Source: Octopus sinensis (lineage: Eukaryota). Taken from it: a DNA stretch of 64,000 nucleotides. Location: NCBI RefSeq assembly GCF_006345805.1, contig NC_043000.1, positions 120,900,001-120,964,000 of the forward strand, read 5' to 3'. The position numbers and the translations under genes are program-made. Under the pieces are notes generated by a model. The model made no database searches. It was given only the letters and a program-made list of their open reading frames with translations, and was not told the origin of the DNA. Positions 13,932-28,934 of the stretch are shown one piece after another (within the stretch, counting starts at the first letter, position 1; each line of letters opens with the position of its first letter).

Positions 13932-14454
13932 ATATCTATACGTTTAATATTTGTTGTGCAATATTTTTTATGTGAAGTCGTGTGTTGAAACAGATATTGT
14001 TATATTTCGGAATGGTCATATTGCCAGTTTAGCCAATAAAAACACACGCACTATATATTTGGTGTTACTTTGCTTCAGTGTTATTTATTTTTTACATTAA
14101 TCTTAATCTTATTTTGGCCAGAATTATTTCGTCACACTCCTGTGTCTCTCCTTACTAACCGTCAGCCATTTTGTATTTCTATTGTATGTCTTCATTTGCG
14201 CATGCTTATATCTCTATGTGCGTCTATGTTTATTTAGTGTGTGTATGTGGGGGATGCCTGTAATATTTGTATCTTCTGTTTATATATGTTCATGTAATTT
14301 GTATTTTGTTTTTGTTGTTTTTGTTTATTCTAATTTTGTTCATGTGTTTACATCCATTTATTATTATCATTACATATGCTTGTATGTATGTATGTATAAC
14401 AACAATACTAGTAATAATAATGATAAATCGAATCGAAAAAAAATAAATAAAAAA

Positions 14455-14506
<52 letters not shown>

Positions 14507-14604
14507 CTTTATTTCTATTAGTTTATTTATCTGTGTATTTATTACGTTTTCAGGATCCTCTATCGTCATATGTTGTGATGTGTGTTAGTGCTCCATTCTA
14601 GATT

Positions 14605-14676
14605 TCTGTGGGAATGAACCTGAAACCATGTGGTAGGTAAGCATTCTACTTACCACACAGCCACTCCTGCGCCTAT
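14605..14676 (-). mobile_element. 5' fragment of a family B SINE
   Basis: Reverse complement GGCGCAGGAGTGGCTGTGTGGTAAGTAG...CCACATGGTTTCAGGTTCA. Confidence 0.75.
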
Positions 14677-15129
14677 ATATTTACTTTGCTCTAACAATCA
14701 TACAGATCATGAGAGAACGGATATTGATTTTAAAATCTCAAGTACGTTACTGGAATATGACTTATTTAAACCGAACATTGAAACACAATCTTAATGCTGG
14801 TACGATTTGAACTACTTAGGACACAAAATTACGGATTAGTACAGGAAATTTTGAATGACGTTCCTGTGATTTGCTACGCAATGGACACCTTCATGCTTAA
14901 TTCGAACAGAGAATATTTGTGAAAAGGGAAAAACAGTCACCTGAGCCTTGGAAGAATTTAATCGAGTCTGCTTTATTATACGTATCTTACTGAGTCTTTG
15001 GTTGTAGAATACTTTGACATATTCATCCATTGATTCATACTGTAGCCGCTGCTTATGATATGACATTGTATATTTAAATATTTAAATATGACGAAATCAT
15101 TAAAGATATATCAATGATAACACCATTCG

Positions 15130-15800
15130 TAGTTTTCTATCCTATTGCCATTTTTTTATGACTTTATCTTTTTTTCCCTTTCACGTCTTCTCCAATAACA
15201 CCTTGATTCTAATAAGGTTACATCTTTCTCTTCCTTTTCCTCATTTGTCTTCCTCTTTTTTCATCTCTTTCCACCTTCATCACTCTCCCCATTACCATTT
15301 TCGCAAAACCTCCTTATCTTTCTAAATCTTCTGCCTCCTTGCCTGTGGATTACTTATTCTAATTCTCTTAAAAGTCATCTGTGTCTCTTTCCCCATTTAA
15401 TATTCTGTTACGGTTTACTTCTCTGTCACAAACCGCTCATTTGGATTACTTCATCTCCTTGAATATGACATTTTTCTCTTTTTGGTTTAACATCGGATTC
15501 GGAGTACCATTTTCTCTTTAATTATTCATCGTTCCATTTCTTTTAATGTCAGTGATTATCAGCCTTAGCTGTCTATATATTTCAAGTCCACTTCTCACAA
15601 TAATTCTCTTTCAATCCTATTGCTTATGTTTACAGAATTTCATTTGCCCTAATTCCATTATTTCACTATTAATATTATAAGAGAACCTCTTTCATTGTGA
15701 ACTTAACTTATCTTTTCTATAAACAAACTCATCTTATCTTTCCAATACGAGTCCACCGTTTTCCTAGCAAATACACTCTTCAGTCTGCTGTGATTCTAGG
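15130..15800 (-). mobile_element. Heavily decayed RTE-like LINE C-terminal remnant
   Basis: Strong purine bias on the minus strand; fragments such as KCHIQGDEVIQMSG and MGRVMK resemble RTE ORF C-termini; many stops. Confidence 0.4.
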
Positions 15801-16859
15801 CTTTTATGTCACGCATTTTATAAAATTTTCTCTTTTTTTTATTTCTTGAAATAAATGTTTATCATTTAACTCAAGGTAAACTGTAGGGCCTATTCACATA
15901 TTAAAGATGAATTCATGTTTATTAAACTCATGTATATCAACATATTCCGATTTATTCACGCAAAGTCGCTCTCCATAATAAACATACTGGCAGCGGGTGA
16001 AATCAACAAATTGCTGCTCATTACATTTCAGATAAGCAGCAGTAAGATACTCTACCGCTTATGTGTCAACAAATATTGATACTTTTGAAATATCAAAAGA
16101 AAGCGAAACGGGTCTAGCTAAGCTGTTTCTTGGGTCATTCTGCAGATTCTAAACATGGATTATATTGACACAACCGGTGTAAATATATGATGTGTATGAT
16201 CGGAGAGTTTACCACAGTTACCTTCACGGCTGATCCAATAATCCTCATCATATAATTAAGTCAAATCAGAAATCCCAGTTTTTCAGGATAAAACGGATTT
16301 GTACTGACACAAGGGATTACTAGAAAATGCAACTGTTTTTTTACACCGTCGTGTCAAACTCGGTTATTAAGGATCACGATTAAAATACATAAAAAATGTC
16401 TTAGCTAAAATTAACAAGGGAAGCCAACATTCCATAATTTTCGCAGCCAAATTAAAATTCGTAATCAAATTCATTTGGTGATTAACTGGCACTGAAATTT
16501 CGCTGACATTTCAAAAATGTTGCATTTATGTTTCTAATATATTTCAGAAACAATCTCCTCGTTTCAAATAAATATTTCCTCATCTACCTATTGTAGCTTT
16601 TCAACACGATAAAAAATATATAAGAAATATTAACCACCATCACCTCTAATCCCAATAAAACTACCGTTGAAGTTTCTCAACGCTGTACCCCGATAAATAC
16701 TCACAAGAGATGTAAGCCCTGCTCATTGCACAACAAGATGTTGCTCATCAATTCCATCAGAAATGATAACTGAAATGTTAGGTTTATATATTTGTTGTGC
16801 AAGAATTTTTATGTTTATGATTTATACAAAAGGTAGGATGTGTAAAAATTCTCTTTTCA

Positions 16860-17146
16860 TGCACGCAGCGGAATTCCTCAAATACCAATTGATTTATGTT
16901 GGTTGCACAACAGAACAATTAAATAAGAGATTGAATGCGCACAGGTATGGCGCAAGGCACAATAACAGTAGAACGGCGGTACTTGTTCGACGTTTTACAT
17001 CAAACAGAAGTAATTTTGACGAAGTGCATTTTCTCAGAAGATATGACTCTACTGCACTTTCAGTCTTGAAAGTACATGCAAATAAATATAATCGCAAACG
17101 TTACACCCTGGAGGAACGAAAAGAAAATAACGTGCGAATTGCATGA
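16860..17146 (+). mobile_element. GIY-YIG endonuclease remnant (PLE 3' end)
   Basis: LIYVGCTTEQLNKRLNAHR matches the YVG-x-T...L-x-x-R-x-x-x-H pattern; a hammerhead-like motif follows on the same strand. Confidence 0.6.
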
Positions 17147-17546
17147 CATTAACACAAAGCATTTTGATTAAGTGTTCTCTTTCCTGTGTTTTTTTGTTTT
17201 CTCCGTTGTTGGTTTTCCATGTTACCAGTTACGAAAAAGCGAAAACTGATGACGTCTATTTCATTAAAAAGAATGCTGGATATTCCCGTTCATATTTTGT
17301 ATTCTTGAACCGAAGGAAGAGATACCTAGTTAAGGAAGACAGTTAATCTATTTATTACAAATTGCATCGCGCTCAGTCACATTTGGTAACAATAAGATTT
17401 TCCTTTATGGTGTTATATGTCACATAGCTGTTTACATTAATTTTTGGTACAACCATTATCATTTCGCTAAACCAGCCATGGGTTTTTATGGTAAAAATAG
17501 AGATACCGGCAGAAGGATTTAAGCAAACCATCGACCGTTTAAGTGG

Positions 17547-17596
17547 TCACTACTGATGATTTCTAGGAATTAGGCGAAACTAGTTTGGCCTAGTGA
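17547..17596 (+). ncRNA. Degenerate type I hammerhead
   Basis: TCACTA-CTGATGA-TTTCTA(GGAAT)TAGGC-GAAAC-TAGTTTG-GCC-TAGTGA; 6-bp stem I; G10.1 and U16.1 positions mutated. Confidence 0.55.
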
Positions 17597-17771
17597 TTCT
17601 AGAAAATGTCATGGAGCGGTTATCTTCTCTGTCAACGTATATATATTGCATTGTTCTTACCGAATTAAGTGTCTTTAACTTTTGCTTCTATTAAAATAGG
17701 TACTTCGGCTCCCTTAGTCATCTTTGGTGACAATGAAAGTTTTCCTTTATGGTACAATATTACACATAGCT

Positions 17772-17853
<82 letters not shown>

Positions 17854-18539
17854 TGTGTGTGAAAATTAATGGATTGTGATTCACTACTGCTGTTCCAGAA
17901 ATGTTTTTTATTGATGAAGAGAAATATCATATCATCCAAAAGATAAATACCATTTTTATTGTGTAAAACATGGAATAATTAAAGATTTTGAAGATCTCAA
18001 TAACAAGTAGAAAGCACTATATTGCCTCTGGTCAAATTTTGGTGGAAAACTTTGTTATTTGTTACTGAGGTCTTAAAAAAATCTTTAATACTTACATGTA
18101 TTCACCTGATGAAAAAGATGTTTTTGCATGAAGTAACACTTCTATTCATCAATAAAACCACGTCTGAAATATTTGTAGTGAACCACAATGTTATTTATCA
18201 TTCACCTGACTTAGAACCTGCAATATACTTGGATCTAGAGCCTATTCAAGGCTGTATCCATGTGCACCCTTGATTACACGTATATTTATTCAGTCCGCTA
18301 GTTGTGATTTTACGAACAACCCGGATATAAATCCGTGTAAGTATGCAATTGTCTTCAAATATTGTAGATGCACAATAGCGATATCACCGACCTAAACTTT
18401 GCTATTTAGCATATTAATTTATTTAGCATTTGCTTAGTCTTTGTTTCAATACCTATTGTTTTGATTTGCTAAAATTTATTTCAATTCGTTGTTTTAATTT
18501 CTCAGCGTTTCAGGTTTTGGTTAGGTAAGAACATTGTAT

Positions 18540-18815
18540 TTCTCAAGCAAAATTTAGGCACTTTGCGCACTAGCCGTCGTGATATCAATTTGACGAAATC
18601 TGCCCCAAGCGTAAAATTTCGCCATTTTACACACATGCACAAAAATGACAAGACGGGTACACTGCCAAACTCTGCTAATTTTTTTGTCAAATTGGTCCTG
18701 CCCATTAACATAGACTTTAATTTTTTGAAAAATACCGACATTTATCGAAAAATGTTTCATAGATGTCAGCAGACATCTAATTAACTGTAATTTTTTTACC
18801 GGGTACTTCAGCTAA
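18540..18815 (+). mobile_element. Possible Helitron-type 3' end
   Basis: Ends CCGGGTACTTCAGCTAA|T, similar to the CCGGGCGATACTGCTAG|T terminus of the two clearer Helitrons; hairpin decayed. Confidence 0.3.
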
Positions 18816-18866
18816 TATATATATATATAATATATATATATATAGTATATATATATATATATAATA

Positions 18867-18929
<63 letters not shown>

Positions 18930-18936
18930 TATATAC

Positions 18937-19030
<94 letters not shown>

Positions 19031-19528
19031 ATTATTAGATATTGCACATAAAAATTGGAATGATTTTGATTGTGCATACACATAAATAGTGGGATGGCCA
19101 CGGATAGAATGTCTTTAATTATTGGTTACTCTGTAAATCTTGATCAGGGCATTGATTGACCACCGTAGGATATTTTAGAAACCCAGTACCGGAGAACCCC
19201 AAAGGAGGATACTATATACATATTGATGCTATTTTGTTTGTAGAATGGTGGGGTAATTGTGATCAGACCAAAATAGGCATATGTCACAAAACGAATGCTT
19301 CAGGCACAACAATGCGTATTATACAAAAGAAACAGTATTCAGCAGCTAACAAACTGAGTTGGATTATGTGTAGCTTATTAAAAAGAAATATTTTACAGTA
19401 TCTCACTAAATTCTGTAAGCTCATATATTGAGAGCAAACAGCTTTAGTTAAACACATCTCTTTACACAAAATATAATGGTTGCGAAATCTTATTCTAGAA
19501 GATCAAACTATAATAAATATACACAAGA

Positions 19529-19915
19529 GGCGTAGGAGTGGCTGAGTGGTAAGTAGCTTGCTTACGAACCACATGGTTCCCGGTTCAGTCCCACTGCGTG
19601 GCACCTTAGGCAATTGTCTTCTACAATAGACCAAAGCCTTGTGAGTGGATTTGGTAGACGGAAACTGAAAGAAGCCCGTCGTATATATGTATATGTATGT
19701 GCGTGTATATGTTTGTGTGTCTATGTTTGTCCCCCAACATCGCTTGACAACCGATGCTGGTGTGTCTATGTCCCCGTAACTTGGTGGTTCGGCAAAAGAG
19801 ACCGATATAATTAGTACTAGGCTTCTAAAGAATAAGTCTTGGGGTCGATTTGCTCGACTAAAGGTGGTGCTCCAGCATGGCTACAGTCACATGACTGAAA
19901 CAAGTAAAAGAGTAA
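19529..19915 (+). mobile_element. Full-length tRNA-derived SINE, family B
   Basis: A box TGGCTGAGTGGT, B box GGTTCAGTCCC, CORE-like CCTTAGGCAATTGTC, internal TA/TG tract, tail CAGTCACATGACTGAAACAAGTAAAAGAGTA. Confidence 0.9.
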
Positions 19916-21860
19916 TGAGAAACGACCAATTACGAATAATGTTTTAGAATGCACGTTATGAATGACGATCGCTATTTTCCAAATAGGATTATTTTTAAAA
20001 TGTTAATTATGAACACCCTATAAATCAGAAAGGAAAAGCTACATCGATGAAGATTCCATGTGTCTTTGTGCTCTGGTAGAAATAGTATCAACATCACAGA
20101 GAATGTATTAATTATTCGAGGATTAAGTAATTTAATCACTGATGCACAAAAAATGTAGGATAGCTCTAGGCCTGTTCGAGCACAACTTATTGTAACTAAA
20201 AGACAATAATAAACAGACTTAGTTAAATTTAGTCGCTACAATACTAGAATGCATGCCACACATATAAAAACACTGAAAATTATAAAGCATTATAAATGAT
20301 GTGACGGGAAACTCCAATTAAACATATAAAGGTAAAAAAAAAAATTCTAATGATTACCAGTAGCTAGAATGTAACATTGACATTTCAAATTTGCTGTGCG
20401 AGCCAAAATTAAATTTCATTAGTTAATTAAAACAGAATACTATTAAGAGACCTTGTAGAGATGGCTGGCAAGTAATAACATAACTCATTATATTTGCTAC
20501 TACTTAATCTATTTTTGACACCCGAAATGTAGCAAACATGATAAATTAAACGAAAAGCATCTATAGTCAAAAGTTAATCAAGAATTAGAATTAACTTACA
20601 AAATTACCATCGGAATTAGTTGTTAGTTAATTATTATGTATTGCTAGAAAGCAACAACACCCTAAAGATAGCGTCTTACCATTTTCATATTAAAATTCAG
20701 GAGATTCAATATGTTGCGGTAAACCTTTAAAACGATGGCGTGATGTAAGGTGATTTATTCATTTTTTCCTTGGTTTTGTCTGGGGAATCTGTACGTGCCT
20801 AGAAACAAAGTTGGTCTCGAGGGACCAGATATATATCAACGGGTATAATTTTCCCCCTCAGCAGCTATATTTAAGTCAATTAGGACAATCGCATGCACGG
20901 GGCTTGCGATTTGAACCGGAGGCATTCGACTTGTTTGTTAGTACGGGACACGAAATTTGTTGACCTTGATCTTGTTGTCAAGTTAACAAACACACCCTAC
21001 CAAGTAAACCCAAGACGAAGAACGATGTTGCAAGTCGACGATTGCCAAGTTCTGCCTGATTTTAGAAGGAGACAAGTAATTAGATAGATTTGCATCTATA
21101 CCTATTATCGGATTTTGTTAGGGCCCCATATGGTAAAGATGTGGATGGGAAAAATGTGGGTAGAGGGTGATATGCTAGCAACCCTCTCCTTACTGTTTTA
21201 CAAAGTAAACAGCAACTCAAAATAACTGCGCAGAGGCAGCCATGGTTGAAGCAAAAACAAGAACAAGGATTATTAGAAGAGAAAAAAAGCTTGGTCATTT
21301 CTTACCCAAGTGATCTTATCTTATCGCCCGTCACTTGTTATGTGCCGCTCACAAATTAGCTTGATAGTTGAGCTCTGATTGTCTGTATGCCAATGAGTTC
21401 ATAACTGGGGTCCGGAACTGTCGTGGAAAAATGAATTCCGCGTACGGGACTGGGGATGAACACACTATGGACGACATATACTGGCGAGGTTAATGACCAT
21501 AGTGTGGCCGAATGAAATTGTTATGAGATCGCCAGCTATAAAGAGCAGATGGAGGACCATTCGGAAAGATAAAATTTGTAGACATGTCTACGATCCCGAA
21601 GCCGGAGTGTTTTGTGAGCAATATTGTACCGCTCTTTTTATTGGATGTGACATAGAATGTACATACAGGCACCAGCACCGTCGCAGATCTAGAAGGAGTC
21701 TTCTATTGTGACACTCGCTTGAGTTTTATTAAGGGTTAATATTAATTGAGGATGAAGTGTTTTGTGGTTTTGAAGGGGTAAACAGGTTTGGTAATCGGAC
21801 ATGAATTTGTAAGCAGAGACACTCAGTGGTTTTGTGATCTTTTTTGGTGGAGAATTAAAA

Positions 21861-23335
21861 TATTTATTTTGTTGTTCATATTTATAGGTTTTTGATGACT
21901 GTCTTTGTACTGCAGAAGTCTGGTGTAACCTCATCGAAGGAATTTTTCTATGGTTTCCATTCATGCTATCTGTGCAAATTCGACTCGAGGCATCTCAACC
22001 GTGTGTAGATGAAACTTGGGTGAAGATGCTTAGTGTTAAAAGAAACTTGCTATAACCTGTGAAGGAATGTGTTGTTTGAAAGAATAGTACGTAGGTAGTT
22101 GAAGAGCCGGAGTAGAAAATTAAAGAGTAAGGGTATGAGGGAGAAATCTAAAACCGGAGCACAGCAAATTTGTTTGAGTATAGGACAAGATATATTGATG
22201 TTACCACCCGCCGGGCAGTGCTATTTATCATGAATTATTAAGAAAATATTGCCTTGGAAACAGTAAGTTCACATGTTCTCTATGAAATTGACAATTTTCC
22301 AAACATTAGCTTTCTTTAGTCACGATGAATAAGCAGATATTTCTTAAACTGTCAATGAAAACTCTGACATGAATTACTATGCTAATGTTAAGAAAACGTT
22401 TCAGGTCCTTCGAATGTAAGGAATATTTTTTCTCAATTTCCATAAGAATAAATTGAATGTTTAGACTGGAAACATTACCAAAGAATGCTGAAGTTTGTCT
22501 ATACGTGTGTAGATAAGTAGTATTCAAAAGCTTTCAAATAAATTAAAACTAAAAATTGCTCCGTGGTTTCCACCCCAACAGTTTTCCAATGGACAAAGTG
22601 TCTATTACAGCAAATCAAACAAAGTATATTCTCAACGCATAACCTTTATTGACTTAACAAAAGCGTTCAAAGTCTTTAAAGGTGATAGTTTATGATCAAT
22701 ATCTCTTTTTAGTATATACGAGTTGTTTTTAAGTTTTATTTATACAGTATAACTTCTATATTACCTCAACAAGCCCAAGATGAAGATACAGAGTTTTATA
22801 TTCACACACAAGTAATAACAGAATTTATTCAATATCATATACATGAGAGATAGTTCACAGAAATGCACCTATCGATCATTTATTGTATACAACAAGTAAC
22901 AGTAAGCTATTGATAAGTTTCTGACTTCAAATGTTATAATTTGAAACGGACTGAGAAAGTGGTTTGTAAGTAAATATTTCATGTCACATTCACTGACAGA
23001 TAACGGTTACCAAATTATATTAAACCTAAGAGTGATCCAGAAGCGACCTAGAAACCTCACACTACATCACCACTGATTCCACGAAGAGAGACACGGAAGA
23101 TATTCTACAATAAGTCTATGACTATCCACCAAGTTTACGAAGACAATCGCTATACATACCCAAAACCATTATTGTATAAATTGTACAAGACTCTATGTAA
23201 ATAGCAATCGAGTCGAATTTGCACAGATACCATGGATGGAAACCATAGAAAAATCCCTTCTATGACGTTACACCAAGACTTCTGCAGTGCAGAAACAGTA
23301 ATTGAAAACGCATAAATATGAACAACAAAATAAAT
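21861..23335. repeat. Inverted repeat pair of ~128 bp (21861-21987 / 23208-23335)
   Basis: TCGAGTCGAATTTGCACAGATA...ATAAATATGAACAACAAAATAAAT present on both strands, roughly 85% identical by eye. Confidence 0.8.
22555..22672 (+). mobile_element. Very decayed non-LTR RT fragment
   Basis: RGFHPNSFPMDKV followed by frameshifted TFIDLTKAF resemble the GFR..RST.D and F.D..KAFD RT motifs. Confidence 0.35.
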
Positions 23336-24614
23336 CTTCAGGTTCGTATAAATGCAAGGTCTCACTATCACCGACGAAAACGCGATGCAAATACACTTCT
23401 ACTAAGTAACAGCTGTTTTTTTTTCTATTTCAAACATTCGTTCTGTAGTATAAATCATGATTATACTCAATTCATATGTGACTCGAAATACTCAACTCTG
23501 TTTTGGTGTTTACTGTAGTTAACAAAAACCTGCAGTAAAATAACAGCTCATATTTTACCTGAAAACTTTACGTTTAAACACTTGTTAGCACTAAAAATCT
23601 CATTAAGTTTCTGTTGCAAGGACTCAAACAAACGAAATAAAGTAAAGAAAATCAAATGATCAATGAATACACTTTAGAATGTCCCTCGTCGTCGCCTAAG
23701 TGTTATTGAAAATGAATGATATCGTCTTTTGCCGACATCTACGAGAATTGATTTCAAAACTTCTGCAATGAAGGTGACAAATAGTTTAGAAGTTTACTAT
23801 TTTTTATCGCCTAAGGTGGAGTAACGTGGGGCGGCTGAAACTACATAGTTACTGTTTAAAATACATATAAAACCAACAGTAAAAGATGATTACATCTCAT
23901 CTAAAGTCATGTCCAAATGTTGAAAGACTAAACATAAAGAACAATTGAAGAGGGATTGCAAATATTGTTTTAATGACAGGATTGAAAATGTAAATGGAAC
24001 ACAGAAGTAAAAGAAAATGAAATGCATAGTGTTCTGGTTCCACCCCATAAAGCATTCAGAATTTTGTTAACAACATTAATCAGATACTCTTTATAAGCGA
24101 TATCCAAAATAAAGTGTCTCTTGTCCCATATCTACAGAACGAATTTGATCCTACGCCATACACCAGTGGCCTCTCATCCGTGAGATCACTTTCGACAAAG
24201 CTTTCGATTTACTGTACTCTATATAAAGATTCGAACCACTAACAGTTTCTCGCTTTGGAGACACGAGTTTAGGCGTATTTTTATTAAAATGTCTTGTACC
24301 TTCAGCTTCTATTCCCATATTTACAGCAACAGTAACTGATACACTAGGTTCCCATAGTAAATGGTTATTTTAAACCTGGAAATGTTAGGTTTTTCAGTAA
24401 TAGAAATCAACCAGCTAACAAGTGTTATTAGAAATATAATCTGTAAGATAAACTATAAAAATACGAAACATTTTTGGCGTTCAAAGTGAGAATTTCTTTT
24501 TGTCATCCGCATACCAAAGATGGAGCTTTGTATGTTGTAGAAACTAGAACTTTTCTTAAAGGAAGAATGCAAACAATAATAAATAGAATTATATAAATAC
24601 AATAACATCGCTTT

Positions 24615-25260
<646 letters not shown>

Positions 25261-26083
25261 ATCTGTCTGTTTGTCTATCTACCTATCTAGCCATTATCTT
25301 TCTGTCTATCTATATAAATGTATTAGCGTATGTGTTTGTATTCATGAGTGGTTTCGCACGGGAGTGTGTGCGCATGGTTATGCATGTATGCACATGTACA
25401 CATATGGAGACTTCAGATATGGTCTTTCTTTCTTTAAAAATGCGGATTGGCGTACGCGTGTGCATCCATTAATTAACTTCCTATCAGGTTATTATATTGA
25501 CTCATGCTTTAATATTAATTAATCTGGTATTCTCTGCTATTAATTAATGCACGCATTGTTATATCACGTCTTATGTTATCTCGTTCATAAATTGTTTACA
25601 ATTTGTATATCACTTTCTTTTGAGTATATTTCCACAAGTCACATAATACACGGCATTATTACGAAATGCACCAGAAGCGGGCTGAGAGAATCGTTAGCAC
25701 GATGGACAAATTGCTTTGCGTGATTTTGTCCGTCTTTACATTTTGAGTTCAAATTCCGCTTTTTTTGATGTCTATAAAATAAGTGACAGCCACGTAAGTA
25801 CAGAGGTCGATGTAGTCGAATTCCCCGCCTCACAGTAACTGCTAGACCTGTGACATCATTTCAAACTGTTATTAAGAATGGGATTATAAGGTTTTTCTTG
25901 CCAATAACGTAATAATTATTTTTAAAATTTTGGATTTTTTTAAAATATGCCAAAAATTATGAAAATGCTAAACGCAGGCAACCAAACTCGCAGAAAAGCC
26001 ACTTGTCACTCTTTCTCTCTCTCTCTCTCTCTCTCTCCCTCCCTCCCCTTTCTCTCTTAAACACACACACACGCGCAAAAAGA

Positions 26084-26300
26084 GTAATCACTCGCCATAT
26101 CGCGGTTCACCTGTTGCGGTTTCTTATTTGAGCTTACATCAATTCCTCCATGGTGTTGTTGTGCATTTATAATAAAATATATATACACAAATTATAAAAA
26201 CGATAAAGAGAAAATACAGTACGCTACAGTTTCTACTTCGGATATTTTCACCTATCGCGGGCGGTTTGGGAACGTAACACGCATGATAGTCGAGGGATTA
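26084..26300. mobile_element. Possible MITE (pogo/Tigger-like ends)
   Basis: Imperfect terminal inverted repeats GTAATCACTCGCCATATCGCG / GCATGATAGTCGAGGGATTA. Confidence 0.35.
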
Positions 26301-26415
26301 TGATATATATATATAATATATTATATTATATATATATATATATATATAATATATATATATATACATACATACATACATACATACGTACATATATATATAT
26401 ATATTATATATATAT

Positions 26416-26500
<85 letters not shown>

Positions 26501-26663
26501 TATAATATATATATAGTAAAAGCAATTAAGATTCAAGTCAGTTCTAATGAATTAACTTGAATGCGGTACTTAACTTAGATGCACCAGAAAACTATATGGT
26601 ATTAACCATACAATAATGTGGGGTGATTATAAACGAGAAAAAAGCAACAAGAATGGATTAGTT

Positions 26664-26754
26664 TTTTAGTACAATTGTTTCATACAAAGACAGGCTTTAT
26701 TAAAAGCTGCAAATATTGCAGCAAATACAAGTGTCCCGTACTCATCAGCTAAAA
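26664..26754 (-). ncRNA. Type I hammerhead ribozyme motif
   Basis: TTTTAG-CTGATGA-GTACGGGACA...TGTCTTTGTAT-GAA-ACAATTGT-A-CTAAAA: 6-bp stem I, ~10-bp stem II closed by G.U, palindromic helix III ACAATTGT, GUA cleavage triplet. Confidence 0.8.
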
Positions 26755-27103
26755 CACATATGAGTTCTCCAGACATTTTAGTGGGTGAGGCTACACTCAT
26801 GAAGTATCGGAGATAATTTTATAAAAAGCAAATTCAGGTTGTAAGCGGACTTCCAAAGTTCTTTAATGATGATGCACAATCTTATCACAGATTTTAAAAA
26901 AGCTTATTAGCTTCACAGAGAAGATGAATCAATCCATAATGTAGGTGCAAATTTCCAGAGATATGAGGAGATATTTCATACTCACAGACGATGAATTCAT
27001 CCGTGCAGCACGGATTTTTGTCAGTGAACAGGTCGCGGATTTTAGCGACGAAAATATTTTGACAAATTAAACTTAAATGTTGATGTTGAAGTGAATCGAA
27101 CGG

Positions 27104-27191
<88 letters not shown>

Positions 27192-27253
27192 CATATACAT
27201 ATATATGTACATACATATTCATATAAATATATACATATACATACATACATATA

Positions 27254-27418
27254 TACGATGGGCTTCTTTGGGTTTCTGTCAACCAAATCCACTCACAAGG
27301 CTTTGGTGCCCCGAGGCTATAGTAGAAGTCACTTGCGCAAGGTGCCACGCAGTGGGACTGAACCCGGAACCATGTGGTTGGTAAGCAGCTACTTACCATA
27401 AAGTCACTTCTGCGCCTA
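27254..27418 (-). mobile_element. 5' half of a family B SINE
   Basis: Reverse complement of the family B head through the GAAGCCCATCG junction. Confidence 0.85.
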
Positions 27419-27422
27419 CCTA

Positions 27423-27502
<80 letters not shown>

Positions 27503-27529
27503 CATACATACATACATTCATACACACGA

Positions 27530-27561
<32 letters not shown>

Positions 27562-28389
27562 GCAACTAAAAATTGTTTTCAATTAGAAATTTTTGATAAA
27601 GATATGTTCCAGCTTTTATTTATTGATAAGAATATTCTTATATTCTTGGCCTTATTAATGTACATTATACGTACTGTATACAATGTCTTGAAACTATCCT
27701 CTAGCCACAGATATCGTTTCAGAACCTGAAAGAGATACGACGATGCAACCTATCATATGAAGCTGCTCATCACAAGACAAAAGGTTTGATTCTATATATT
27801 ATACCAGAGCTACAGCTACCGTTACAGGGTTTCTTCCATCCTTTCTATCTCTATTCCTTTCTCTCTCTCTCTCTCTCGCCCTCTCTCTCTCCGTTACCTT
27901 GTTTCCACGTTTCTTTCTGTCTTATCATCTTACTTCCTTTCTTTGTTGATCCGTTCACTATCATTTTCATACAAACATCCGTACATACACACATATATAC
28001 ATATATAAGTACACATATACCCATGTATCTCTCTCCCTCTCTCTCTATATATATGTATATGTATACATACATATTTATATATATTTATATACTCATAAAC
28101 ACATGCATATATATATATATTTATTATGATATATATATATATATTATATATAATATATATATATATATACACGTACATATATATGTATACCAAAACACAC
28201 ACACCACACACACACATATATAATATATATATATATTATATATATATATATACATATATACATACACACATACATATATATATATATATATAAATATATA
28301 TATATACACATACATAGATATACACACATTACGTACATATATATATATACTCAATCACCTACATATATATACATACACAGACACACAGG

Positions 28390-28425
<36 letters not shown>

Positions 28426-28799
28426 GTTATGTTTGCATGTATATATATAATCATCCATCCCTTGAGGATGCTTGCCTAATTTAATATAATAGATGCCTAT
28501 GTTGATGCATACATTGAAGTGTTTATTCGCTAGAATTTATGAATAAGCGTCTTTGAAATGGCGAGTGATTGTGTGCATGCATACCTGTATGGCGATATAA
28601 TATTAGATATGGATAGGGATGGAGTAGGGGAGGAAAAGAAAAGACAGGAAGATAGGGAGAGAAGCTTCGAGATATATACGAGTTTGGAGAAGATGAAATA
28701 TGTATATATTTACACTTTGGTTCTCTCTATCCCGCATCTGTCTCACTTTCTATTTGTATCTCTCACACGCTATTTATCTTATCTATGTTATCTATCTTT

Positions 28800-28853
<54 letters not shown>

Positions 28854-28858
28854 CATCG

Positions 28859-28890
<32 letters not shown>

Positions 28891-28897
28891 CCGTGTC

Positions 28898-28934
<37 letters not shown>

